The translations under genes and the position numbers were made by a program. The notes beneath the pieces were generated by a model. That model was not told where the DNA came from. It did no database searches and saw only the letters and a program-made list of their open reading frames with translations. A DNA stretch of 62,399 nt. Source: Vicugna vicugna (Eukaryota). Positions 38,001 through 50,289 of this stretch are shown piece by piece. The stretch lies in the NCBI GenBank assembly GCA_013265495.1, contig MU058198.1, positions 7,827,779 to 7,890,177 on the forward strand, read 5' to 3'. Each line of letters opens with the position of its first letter. Positions within the stretch are counted from its first letter, which is position 1.

Positions 38001-38962
38001 GGCTGTGGATGCCCAGAGATACTTCACGGCTTCTGTGAGTCCTGGTGTTGGGCTCTTCCAGAGGGAATAGAGGGTGCGTGGGCTCCAGGTCTTGGGGGAA
38101 ACCCTGCTTTGCCTTCCCTCTCAGCTCCCCTTCGAGAAGAACTGTGGCACCAATCACATCTGCGAGGATGACCTCAGCATTTCCTTTGGGGTCTCAGGGT
38201 GAGCGTCCACCCCCTCAGACCTGTCCTGGTCTCCCAGCCCCTCTCCTGGAACTTGGAACTCCTGCCCCTGGCTCTCCCCAATATCTCTACCCAGTGCTCA
38301 GGACCCAGACCTTTGTCCCCATCTCTCCCCAACTCCCCCACTCTATTTTTCACCCCCATATACCATTTCTAGCCTTAGTCACAGAGTCATCTCCTCCCCT
38401 CTACCACAATGCCTAGCTTGAAGACGCTGGTGGTGGGGAGTAACCTGGAGCTGAGCTTGGAAGTGACAGTGCGGAATGATGGCGAGGACTCCTATGGAAC
38501 CAGAGTCACCTTCTTCTACCCGCCAGGGCTGTCTTACCGACGTGTGGCAGTGGACCAGGTATTGTCCCCTCTGGGGAAAGACGAGGCTGATGACTGGGAA
38601 CCAGAAGAGACTCTCGTGCTGGGCTCAAAACTTGGGCAGGGCCTGTCATTGCTTAGAAGCCTCTTGAAAACCAAGAGGGCTGCGCTGGTTGCAGTTGGAT
38701 GAATGTGACTGTGTTGGCTGGGGCTTGCCTTGGCTCATTCTATGTTCAACTCTGGGCATTGCATTTGAAGGATATTGACTGTCAGAATGGGTTCCCAGGA
38801 GGCCACTAGTATGAAGAGAATGGGGACCCTTGCGTTACACTTCTTTATATTTCACATCATACCAATATTTCTCTTTTTAAAGGAAAATATATCTCAGCCT
38901 TCAGATGTTTACAGCACTGTTCTGTAGAGGAAGGAGTTGATTTACTTGGTTACTCTAGATAA

Positions 38963-39151
38963 GGGCTTGGCAAACTTTTTCTATAAAGGGCTGGATAGTA
39001 AGTATTTCACCTTTGTGGGCCATACAGTTCATCATATCTACTAAACTCTGCAAAAGCAGCCATTGACAATATGTATATGAATAAGCATGGCTGTGTTCCA
39101 ATAAAATTTTATTTATAAAAATTGGTGCTGGGCCATCATACGGCAATCCCT
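38963..39151. mobile_element. hAT-Charlie MITE (MER58-like)
   Basis: ggcaaactttttctataaagggc...ggctgtgttccaataaaattttatttataaaa...ccctg resembles MER58. Confidence 0.7.
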
Positions 39152-42100
39152 GTTCCAGAAGACAGAACTAGGAACACAGGGAGTAAAAGAGAAGCAGATT
39201 TTTAACTAAAATTTTATGAAAAATGTTTAACATTTACAAAAGAAAAGACTAGTTCAACAAACTTACCCCTAAATTATCACCCAGATTCAACAATGATCAG
39301 AATTTTGCCACATTTATTTCATCTGTTTCCCCCCAACCTCCACCACCTTTGCTCAAGTATTTTAAAACACATCCCAGACGTTAGGTTATCACACACCTTT
39401 CTAATTCACTGTTCTGGACAGTGGGGCCATCTTACGTGACCCAGTGACATTATCACATCCAGTGCAATGAATGACTCCTTTATATTCAGACCATTACCAG
39501 ATTTCCTTAATTTTTTCAAAAGATGTCTTTTTTATTTGGTTTATTTGAACCAGCATCTTAACTAGGTCCACACATTATGTTTGGATGCTCTCCCATGTCT
39601 CTCTTAAGCTAGTGTTCCCAATGGGAGCATATTTTGATCAATGCATGAAGAAGGACACCAGGAATGGCAAACTCCAGCTGTGCGAGGGGTGAGCACCCTG
39701 TCACTGGGAGTATTTCTAAATGTGTCAACCGATGCTGTGTGTGGACTTTTGTTGGCTATTTTTAAAAATGAACTTTACGTAACATTTTTGGAGACAATCT
39801 CGGAACACTGAACATGACTTGGATATTAACAGATCTTAACGAGTTATTGAAAGTTTTGTTGGCTATGCTTTGTTGAGTCTTGTGCTTATGATTAAAAATA
39901 CCCTTATCTGTTAGTGGTATACACTGAAGTCTTTCTGGGTGAAGGTATGCGACGTACGGCATGTGCTTTAAATTATTCAGGAAAAAAAAATGGAGGACAG
40001 CTGAATAAAACAAGAGTAGAAAAAAATGGTAATATAATCTGAGTGATGGATACACTACACTACTAAATTAGTCTCTCTACTTTTGAATATATTTGAAATT
40101 TTCATAATGCAAACCTTTTTGAAAGGACAATAATAAATAAAAAATGGAGAAATGCTAATACATCTACAATTTCTACATTAGGAGGAAGTTTGACCAGATA
40201 GTGTCTAAGGATTTTTTAAAAACATAACCTTAAGAGTTTCCAGGAAACCGTCATTACTTTATGGAGTTTCTTTGGAACACTAATAAATGCTTGCCTGCAT
40301 TAATATTTATTTTTTCATCTGTACGTCCCTAGAACCAGCTGCAGTCACGTGCCCTGCGCCTGACCTGTGACAGCGCCCCTGCCGGGAGTCAGGACACCAT
40401 CAGCACCCACTGTAGCATCACCCACCTCATCTTCCGTGAGGGCGCCCAGGTCAGCTTTGCTTCTTCCCACCCCTAACTCCCCTGCACTCACCCTGTCTCA
40501 CTCCCCAGTGACCTCCCCCCTGTTCCTACCTCTTCCTCAGATCACCTTCATGGCCACCTTTGATGTCTCCCCCACGGCCGTGCTGGGAGACCGGCTGCTT
40601 CTGACCGCCAATGTGAGCAGGTGAGCTGGACCAGGCCTAGGGCATCACCCCCTCCCGCCCAGCCTCCTCCCCTGGGGCACTTGCCAACTGGGAGACTCCT
40701 CTTTTTCCAGTGAGAATAACACCCCCAGGACAAGCAAGACCACCTTCCAGCTGGAGCTCCCGGTCAAGTACGCTGTCTACACCGTGATCAGCAGGTGCCA
40801 CACCACGACCTCAAAAGGGTCCTCCCCTGTCACTCTGTGGGGCCCAGGCAATCCTCAGTCTCTGCAGCAGCTGGCCACCTGCCATATTTAAGTTTCACCG
40901 CCACCTTTTCAATTGGGCGATGCTGCTGCTAGCAGCACTCACTGATCAATCCAGTGTTTATCGTGGGCTATTGATGATAACAAGAATTGTCACATTGTCC
41001 CCATTACATCCTACATTTCATAGAGGCTACAGTTCTCAGAAGCCTTTCTTAAAAGCCTCACGATTGTCCAGGATTCCCTAGACGTATGAGACGTGTCCCT
41101 GTCTTCAAGGTTCTTACAGCCTCACTTGGGGAGCAAGGTTACCCTGATCACAGGCAGAGTCTCATCAAGGGCCTCCCTGTGGTTCTGAACCCTGAGGTTG
41201 TGTGAGTTTCCAAGGCGGGGTGGGCGCTAGGGCCTGCTGTCAGGGGAGACCTCCGCTAAACACTGAGGGCTCCGTGACGTTGGGTGTAGACCTTGGGCAG
41301 GACAATTGCTCGTTGCAAGGAACAGATTCTCACCCTGCAGGGCTTTCAGAACCACCCCTCCTCCTTGACCCAGTCTCCATGGGAAGGATGCAGGAAACGA
41401 CCTGCTTGTGGCAGAGGCTGGGAATCAGGCAAAAGCTGGATGGAAGGAAAAGGCCTTAAAACGCTGCCCGGGGAGGGCTAGACCGGCTTTTTGACACTAA
41501 GGAGTCAAGTTAAGGGCTTGAGCAGATACCTTCCTTCAACAAATACCTTCCTAGCATCATATGTTCCAGCCACAGTGCTGTGGTTACTTTCTGTAAATTC
41601 ATTTCACATTCAACAGAGACTTACTGTGCCCTCCCTAACATGTGCCATCAACACCAGACGTAACCCCCTGCCTTTGTGAGATCCGTGTACTCGTGACGTG
41701 AAACGGGCCCAGGTGGCTTGGCCTGGGAACCTTCCCTGCTAGATCTGCCCACACGCCTCTTTGGGTTTCCTCCTCCCGCCCAGAGTCTCCCGCCCTCATT
41801 CACACCCGCACGCGGGGGCTCTCGGCAGCCCCGCAGGAGCAAGCTCGGAGCTCCCTTGCTGGGTCGCCTGAGGGTCTCACACTTGCTTGCAGGGGGCCCA
41901 CAAGCACAACACGCCAAGTCTCGGTGTGTGTGGCCCAACAGCCTGGTTGTACTCTGCAGTTGTGAGTCTGAGGGTGGGGGCACTCAAAGGGACCCCCCAG
42001 GACAAGGCTGGGATGTTTTGGGGGAGCCGCTCACAAAGGAGGGAGGAGACTTCAGAGTAGGAGTCGGGGTCTAGAATTTGGACGGTGCAGGCACAGGACT

Positions 42101-42275
42101 GGTACCCAAGGAGTGGAGCGTGGAGGGGCGGAAGTGAGACCAGCCATGGGGTGAGGGGCCAGGCTGGCCGCTGGGCCTCCAGATGGGCCTAGGAAGGCCT
42201 CTGGAGGTGCGGTTACACTGAGACCCAGAGAAGAGTCTGTATTGGGCCCTCCCTCACCTCGTGGCCCCAAGCCCA

Positions 42276-42866
42276 GAGCAGCCAAGGAAACAAGGCCTGT
42301 GGGAGACGAGACAGAAATGGGTCCAGGAGACCTCTGTCCACAGCATCAGCCTGAGTCTCCCCAAACCTTTGCCGTGTCCCCGTGCCCATCCAGCTTCCTC
42401 CGTGGGCAGCCTCTGCAAGCACTTTGCGCCCAGCTGGAAGCCCAGCCCTGCTCCCTAAACCTCCCGTTACCCCACGTCAGCCACAGACCTCGTTCCAGAG
42501 CAGCCCAAGGGCCACTGACCCGTGTTCTGTTAAGCTCCCAGCCAGAGCCTCCTCAGGGGGCCCTAATGGAACCCCACATCCACCCATTCCCCTCCTCTCC
42601 CCAGCCATGAAGAGTCCACCAAGTACCTCAACTTCTCGGCCTCAGAGGAGAAGGACAGCCGCAGGGCCCAGCACAGATACCAGGCAAGTGAGGGCGACTG
42701 AGGAGCGTGGGCCGGGGCGGGGGGCCCAGGAGCCAGAGACTCGGGAGGGATGTGGGGTTTGGCATGACCTTTGCCCTCACTGCCCTCCATGCAGGTGAAC
42801 AACCTGGGACAGAGGGACCTGCCTGCCAGCATTGATTTCTCAGTGCCCGTGGAGCTGAACCGGGTG
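42276..42866 (+). repeat. Left arm (visible part) of the inverted ITGAX segmental duplication
   Basis: Reverse complement of 61810-62399; about 13 differences including one 1-bp indel over ~590 bp by manual comparison. Confidence 0.95.
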
Positions 42867-45800
42867 AAAGGATTTAATAACTTTATGATCAGAAATTTGT
42901 CCAAGTTGGAAGCTGATATTCAGAGATTGATAGAAAAAAACCAATTCTTCTTAGCCCTTCTCTTCTGAGCTAAAGGTATCCAGAGGGAAAGAAAAAAGAT
43001 TCCAATATAGGTGAATGAGGCTATCTACCCTCTAGCATCCAGGCTACAATTCAACTTTTTGAAACATTAGAAACAACTGTCCTTATCGTATGAATCTTCA
43101 CAAGACTAGAGATGCAGCTCCAGAGGCAATTCAAAATTCACCTATTCCTTTTCACCAGTTCCCCAAACCTTCCTTGTGTATCTTATCAGTCTCATAACTC
43201 AGATTCTTTCCTGTGCTTTGAGTTGAAAATGTCAAAGTACAAACCTCAGAAAGGTAATTTTTAGCAGAAATAAAACAGAAGGAGGAAGGTCATTTGAAAT
43301 TTGGGGATGGGGGCAAGGAAATCCTTAAATCATCTTCTAAGTTCTCTGTTTGCCTCTGTCTGTATGTTCATGTGTGTCTACATATGCTGCAGAGAAGTGT
43401 AGTATTTTCTACCTTTGAATCACATTGCTAAAATTAATTCATAAGAAGAATTCTATTTAATTGTCTTGAAAACAAACAAGTGCTTATAAGAATTAAAATT
43501 TAAGAGAAACTGATCCAAATGCTTTTTCAAGTTCTCATAATCTAGGATTAATCTTTAGTAAATTAAAAGCTACTTTAGGGTTTTGGGTTTAATTAAAATA
43601 AGCATGTCTTTAGAGTTATCAACACTGAATATAATGCAGATATACAACTTTGATTCTACCTGGGTTCATTAGTCAAAGAAGTTCATATTATCTCTGTTAC
43701 AGAATTTGTCAGCAAGAAAAATAACTTGGTGAGATTAAAGTTTTCACAATTAAACATAATTGTTAAAAACAGGTAAACTAAATGGATGTAAGTAAGATGA
43801 AAAATTTCTAGGTGAACTTTTCAAGTAGTTTCCCGAAATCTTTTTTTCAAATCTTAAAGTTTTCTTAGTTGAATTATATGATGGCTAGCCATTGAATATC
43901 TAGATTATTCTCAAATAAGATAAAATAGTGCAACATTAATTACTGAACACTATTTTTGGCTTCACCTTACAGAGAAACTAACACTATTTGGGTCTTTTTA
44001 GTAAACATATTTGGTGCTGAGAAATTTTCTATGAGAAAGCACATGTTTCTAGAAATGATGGAAAATATTTATGTCTGCCAATCCACAGAATGCTATTGTA
44101 AAAGACAGGTCATAATTGCTTACTTCTTAGTTTTCACTGGAAAGTAAAAATTCTAATATATGTAATTAAAACCACTAGAGATAAGAAGGGAAAGGAATCT
44201 TAAGTGTGGTCAGAACTGGCTAAGAATTGGAATGAATTTAACTAAGTTAATGAGTTTTAATATCAAAAATAAGCTGGTGCAAAATTATTATTTGGTTTTC
44301 TCTCTGTGGAAAGACAAAGTTTTTTTGTTTGTTTTTGACTATTGGTCTGCTTTTCATTGTAGAAGGCTTTTCTTTACCTTTTAAAATAATTTGACAAGAA
44401 AACATGGATTCTGTGTTTTGTCAAAATAATTTTCTGTGTTCAGAAAGCTGAATCTTTTCTATTGAAAAAGCTAGTTTTTTTTAAAAAACAGCTATTTAAC
44501 CTTCTGATTTTGCTTTTAACGTTTTGTGTTATCTTTTTATTTCAATAGGTAACTAAGTATTGTTTGAGAGTGATCTATAATTCTTTTTGACCAAGTGTTT
44601 TAAACACTTTTTGATTCTTTGACAAACTTCCCCTAATTATAAATGAAGTCTCTTTTGACCTCAAATTAAACTGAAAAATTGAAAAACTGAAATTTTTCAG
44701 AGGGCTCCTGGAACATTTCAAAAGATTTGTTCTCTCCCCTTTAAAAAAGGGAGATGTTAAACAAATTAGGCTTATCTGAAATGTTAAACCGCATGTGAAG
44801 CGTTGTCAGATAAGTAATACAAAGCCTTCTCTACATTGTATTTATATATGTATATGTTATAAGTGTTTCAGAAATTATGTGAAATTCCTGGAAATCTGAT
44901 AAGTCCTGATCAGTCATAATTCCAGTTATTATCTTAAAATGTTGTGTGTCACAGAAATAACCAAATGTCCTTGTCAATCCCTTCATAATGAACTCTCATC
45001 AGATCTTCAATAACGAACATTTGTAAGTCTCTTGTCATTACAGAGTTATTGTTTTTCCGTGATGATTTTACAAAAGCCTTTTTGCAAAAGTGTTTCATCT
45101 TCAGGAATTCAAGAAAAAGAACTTTGACAAGAACAGTTTTCTGATAACTTTGAGATAATAAAACTAAACTGGGTAAAAATTTCCAGAACTAGTGGAAAAA
45201 TTGGATTCAGGTAGAACAAGAATTAATAACATGGGACTAAATGAACTGAGGAGAATGACTGTAATTTTTATGACTTCTTGTTTTGAAAAATTGCCAGTTC
45301 TCTAATGTTTCACTTTTCTAGACTTGAGGAAATGTTTTCTCTCAAGCTACCTATGGCTTACAGCAATTTGGTGGAACATACTTTTGTAAACAGAGGTGAA
45401 ATAAGTATCTTTTCTCCCCACCTAATCTTTCCAGAATTTTAAAACTCTTGAGTATTGTTTCGTGGCAATATAGTTAGTTATTTTGCATAAGTTCAATAAA
45501 CGTCTGTTCTCCTTGTAACAAAATAGGACACAGTGGGAACCACAGGCTATTACCAAGGCTTTGATTGAAAGATGTCATATTTGAGAGAGAAATGTAGAGA
45601 CTCAGATATGACCAGACAGCTTTAAGGAAGAACCTGAACTTTGGCTTGACTTCCTGTCCTCGAGTGTTTTTCAAGTTCAGTCTGAGATTCCTTATAAAAA
45701 ATTCCAGCAAGGCAGTCTTAAAAGAAACTTACATGGTCAGTCACAATTCTTGCTGCATTTATGTAAGCAATCAGGCCAAGTCTAATACAAACAAGTTAGT

Positions 45801-47583
45801 TTTTCTGTAATTATCCTTGGAAAAAACATGGGGGGAGGGGTAGCTGAGACACCAAAATTATGTTTGCATCTTTGCAGGTATTATATTCGTCTTGTTAATT
45901 GTTTTTGAGGTTTTGCTAAGTACCTGTAAACTGGACTGGATCCTGAATTCTTCTCATTTCCTCAAATACCCAGTTATGATTCTCCAAACTAACATTTCCC
46001 GTTTTCTCCCACCCTTCCGATTTGGAATCGGTAAGAACAAAGATGGCTCTTGAATATTTTTGTAAGGAACTATACCATGTCCCCTTCATGACCCAGAAAA
46101 ATGGCAGCCCAACTTCAAGGACTCCAGCCTTGGGTACACATCTCACAACTAAAGAAGACTGCACTTGACTTCTGGCCCTGGATAGATGCTGGTGACCTCC
46201 AAGTCAAATTAGGTAGGAAGAGAAGGATTTGACATTGAGGTGGACAGCTTTCTCCCAAGTGGCTGGATCGAGACTTAATACTTTAGCAAGACATTCTCCT
46301 TCTCCTTCTCCTTCTTCTCCATCCCTTCTCTTCTCCTTCCCCTTCCTCCTCCTCCTCTTCCTCCTCTTCCTCTTCTTCCTCTTCCTCCTCCTCCTCTCCT
46401 CCTCCTCCCCCTCCTTCTTCTTTTCTCCTTTGCTGTGGCATTGACTTGGGAAAATAACACCATCATCTCTATCTCCCAGGCCATTTTTAAGAGGGGCAGG
46501 TAACATTTCAGACTGCTCTGATCTTTCCATTATGCTACAGACTCCCTGGTGTCTTTCTCTGCCTCTGGTTAACTACCCCAGACTTGCAGAACTTTGAATC
46601 CAGGCTTTATTCAAAGAAAGGGACACAAGGCAAGGGTAATAAAAAATAATATATTAAGTTAAATTAAAAATAAAAAGAATAAAACTACCTGTGCAGTCTA
46701 CAGATCCTTAAATTTTTATTAGCCTCCATGTCTGTCACATTTCCAGTTCTGAGAGACAGATTCAAATGGAAATTATCGGGAGGCACTCATGATTCAAAAT
46801 TAGCTCCCTTTGATAGTCCCCTACTTCCCTGGTTAAGAGAAAATATAAATGAGGAAATTCTCCTTAACTATTGAAAATATTGCAGAATCTGCTGCTCTAA
46901 TAAAATCTGTCCAACAAGAATCCTTACACTCTCTGGCCAAAGTTGTGGGTTTTTTTCTTTTTCCAAAGTTGTTCTTGATGATAGGATAGCCCTTGATTAT
47001 CTTTCAGCTGAAGAAGGAGGTATCTATGCTGTGGCCAAGGCCACGAGTTGCACCTGGATGAACACTTCTGGGGAAGTTGAAATTCAGTTACATGAGGTCA
47101 CTGAGTGATAAGATCACTGAGCAAGTCACTTGGCTTAAAAAAGCAACTCCTTCAGCAGAGTCTTTCTTTGACTTACTTGATTTTGATTGGTTTGGATCTT
47201 GGGGACCATGGTCCAAAGTGCACTGCAGACATGGGGGATTATCCTGCTTTATTGTAATTATAATACTTTCCCGGGTGCATTGTATTCCCTCAAAAGCTTT
47301 AAATGCCTGTTTACAGCTGCTAACCACCAAGCAAATGATCTCCCTAAGCCTGGGACGTCAAAAAAGGAAGAAAAAGAATGACTAACTTAAAGATTGTGAA
47401 CCTGAAGCTGTGACCTGTGACTATCACACGAGGTTAAGCAAAAATGTTATGACCTATAGATACCACACAAAGAATGGATAAAACCCAGAGAACTTCAGAC
47501 CAGTAGCTGAGAGTGGCACTAATGCCTTAAAATTTTTACCACCTCTCTCAGCTAAGCTGAGAGTCTGATCAAAAGGGAAAAAT
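42867..47583 (+). mobile_element. ERV1 (MER4-group-like) internal region lacking its 5' LTR, with a degenerate env TM remnant
   Basis: AT-rich internal sequence. 46900-47290 translates to QQESLHSLAKVV..LDDRIALDYLSAEEGGIYAVAKATSCTWMNTSGEVE..KITEQVTWLKK..FDWFGSWGPW (degenerate immunosuppressive domain and CX6CC). PPT aaaagggaaaaa at 47571-47582. Confidence 0.8.
46293..46430 (+). repeat. CT-rich (TCC/TTC)n low-complexity tract
   Basis: Almost pure polypyrimidine run of ~135 bp. Confidence 0.9.
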
Positions 47584-47947
47584 TGTTAAAAAGGAACAAT
47601 AGAACCCAAATGGAGTCACTTGTGCTAAGCCCCACATCAGCAAAGACTTAATATATAAACTAATTGCAGTTTCAACCTTTCCCAGGAATGTAGTTTTAAC
47701 TGATCAGTCAACTGGTCAGTCTGGAATTTTCTGGACAGCACCGATGAGGTAATCTGCCACATAGGCCCTTTCCATCCCCCAAAGGAAGATGAGGTAATCC
47801 ACTTTCTGACTATAAAAATCTTCCATTTTGTCTGGCTCCTCAGAGTTTCTCTCTACTTGCTAGATGGGATGCTGTCCAATGCATGAATGGTTCAACAAAG
47901 CCAATTAGATCTCTATAATTTACTAAGTTGAATATTTTTTTTTAACA
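47584..47947 (+). mobile_element. 3' LTR of the ERV1 element
   Basis: Follows the PPT; inverted termini TGTTAAAAA...TTTTTAACA; internal TATAAAA. Confidence 0.8.
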
Positions 47948-48072
47948 AAGGACAACAGAGAGTATCTCTAAGACCTCTGGTCACTAAGAGGGTAGTCACT
48001 GTGAAGGGCAAAACCAAGAAACTATTAATACCAGGGGGTGTAGTGTGAAGGAGTTATTTTGTTTTGTAAATC

Positions 48073-48715
48073 TGTTAAAGCAGGCAGATATCTAGATATA
48101 AGCAGAGAAAGGGGGATGCAGGCCAAAGGGCAGGAATTGGGCAAAAAGGAGGGGCATGGGCCAAATGCAGAAAAGCATACATCAAGTAAACAACAGGCGT
48201 CCCTGGACAGAGAAAGAAATGCAAGAACCTCTGGGCTGATAAGTGGTCACACCTTTTGGGGTGATGAGCGGCCTGGAGGCCAACAAAGGAAGGTGGGAAA
48301 AGGCAGGATTCTCTAGTGTTTGAATGGAGCCTTTTGCTCATTATGCCCTCACTTTAATAAAATTAGCGTTGCATATTGGATGTACCCATCGTGCACCAAC
48401 ACCATGACACTTCCAATCTAGACTAAAAAAGGACAAAAATCCCTCCCCCCTTCGAAGGTGGAATTGGGATGAAAATCAGAAAATACTACCCCCAAACTCT
48501 TCCCTCCCCAATGAAAATTCCACCCATTCATTTTTACGCTCCATGTAACCAACTTGCCAGAGAAACTCAGGGCAGCCGCTACCCTGAGCCTGCCTGCTCT
48601 CCCCTCGAGAGTGTACTGTCTATCCCTGAATAAATCCTCGCTTTACTTTCTTAACCTCCGAGTCTCGTCTCTGAATTCTTTCTGCGATGAGACGAGGACC
48701 TGGTCACCGGCAGCA
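48073..48715 (+). mobile_element. Solo ERV1 LTR
   Basis: TGTTAAAG...GGCAGCA with AATAAA near 48629 and a near-perfect 4-bp TSD AATC/GATC. Confidence 0.65.
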
Positions 48716-49176
48716 GATCGGTATCATCAGCTTCCTGAGGAAACTTCACTAAAATGGGTTGTGAGAGTAATTCACCGGGGGACCGGTCTCTGGGTGAATG
48801 CCGCAGAGAGGGCGAGCGCGTTTGGGCTTGACACAGGCACACTGCTCACTCTAAGCAATCACAGATGGCTCCGTGTGACCCAGACACACAGGAGGTTATT
48901 CCTGAGAGATCAGCCAGCCAGGTGGACTGGATAAAAGCCACCGTAAGGTCTGTTTACCCTGAGAAGGGGGACTGTCCATTACCCCCATGAATGCGAAGTG
49001 GAGCACCCCAGATGGAGCAGCTGATATGCCTCAGACTCAGGCCATGTGGTTCTGGCTTTGTGATGACTGAGCTGTTTCCCTGATGACGATGCCCGTTACC
49101 CAGGTCTTGATAAATGCTGGGGTTAAAACGGCCCCTTTCACATGTGCTGGGCTGCACCTCACAGGTCTACAAGGCC

Positions 49177-49596
49177 TGTACTCGTCTGGCTTCAAGATCA
49201 GAGAAAGAACCCGGAGTCAGTGACAGAGACGTCAATGGTTTAATGGGTAGGGGGAGCTTATATGTCTGAAGCCAGGTCCTGGAGCAACTCCCCACCGTGT
49301 GTGGAGGACGTGGCCAGGACATGAGGCAGTCTTCACTCCCAGGGGCTGAGGTAGATGAGCAATTATAGGGAGAATTGATGCCAGGTTGGCTCTTTGGTTA
49401 CCAAGGAAACCAGCAGAGGGGCGCACCCCTCACCGCCCCTTTGATAAGAACAATCACTAGCTGGGGCCTGGGGCAAGTATGTAGGAAGGTCAGTCTTGTG
49501 AGTAGGGTGGAGGTGAAGCAGGCACTGGTCGAGTGAGCAGGGAGGGGATGCACAGAAAGCAGGAGAGCAGCCACCTCGAATGGCCAGATTGTTACA
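49177..49596 (-). mobile_element. Probable solo LTR, antisense
   Basis: TGTA...TACA termini and a reverse ATTAAA; no TSD resolved. Confidence 0.45.
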
Positions 49597-49697
49597 ACAT
49601 GGGCACCGCACGTAACCCTCCTGCTGCAAAACCAAAAAACAGTTCAGGAAGCTTTATCAAATTTCCTGTCTCAGCTTCCCCTCAAAGGTCTTACAGA

Positions 49698-50289
49698 TGT
49701 AACCAAGCAAAGGGCTCACGTCCCCACCGCACACAAAGCCGAACTCTGACAGCAGGAATTTGCAACAAGGCAAGAATTTATTGCAGGGCATCAAGCAAGG
49801 GAGGGGGAGACAAGCCTCAGATCCATGCCACCTTGGTCCTGGGGTTAGAGGTTTTTTTTAAAGGGAAGAACAAAGAGGCTGGGATTAATCATGTCTTGTG
49901 ATATTTCTTTTATTTCTTTATTTTATTTTATTTACTTATTTATTATTTTTTGTCTTGTGACATTGCTTAATCATAGTTTTGGGAGTCAGGATGTCTCTGG
50001 TTTGTGATTCTCTGGCCATGTGGTCCAGGGCTTGGGAGGTCTGTCAGCTCATCTTGCCCTGGAGAAACAACCTGAGTTTGTACATTAATAATGATACCTA
50101 CAGTAGCAATTTTAGTACGTTAACGACGTTATCGACAATAGCCAAATTTTAGTTATCTGATTCTGATTGATTGGTGTTCAGTTAGCACAGAAGTGAGGTC
50201 AGAGGGGACAAGGAGGGAGTAAAGTTTTGGATAGAGAGATTAATCATGCACTCGGTAAGGAATCTCTGTTTTAGGGAGACTCAGTTTCA
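49698..50289 (-). mobile_element. Solo ERV1 LTR, antisense
   Basis: Minus strand reads TGAAAC...GGTTACA with AATAAA; perfect 4-bp TSD CAGA (49694-49697, 50290-50293). Confidence 0.8.

Larger units (their letters stand above)
27325..42866 (+). pseudogene. ITGAX: ITGAX (CD11c)-like duplicate, exon 1 to partial exon 25; nonsense codon in exon 12 and 3'-truncated
   Basis: Exons: 27325-27361 (MPKTGIFLFLLM), 27990-28092, 28550-28653, 28962-29032, 29176-29290, 30972-31102 (MIDAS DGSGS), 31230-31375, 31615-31768, 32080-32230, 32433-32506, 32673-32802, 32904-33046 ([22 protein letters not shown] at 32939-32941), 33204-33344, 33437-33646, 36486-36616, 36749-36906, 37047-37201, 37903-38034, 38125-38198, 38417-38558, 40333-40449, 40541-40620, 40711-40794, 42605-42683, 42795-42866 (72 of 108 nt). 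No exons 26-30 follow on +. Confidence 0.9.

Noticed and set aside
46204..46530. Arg/Lys/Glu-rich ORFs
   Set aside because: Translations of a CT-rich simple repeat.
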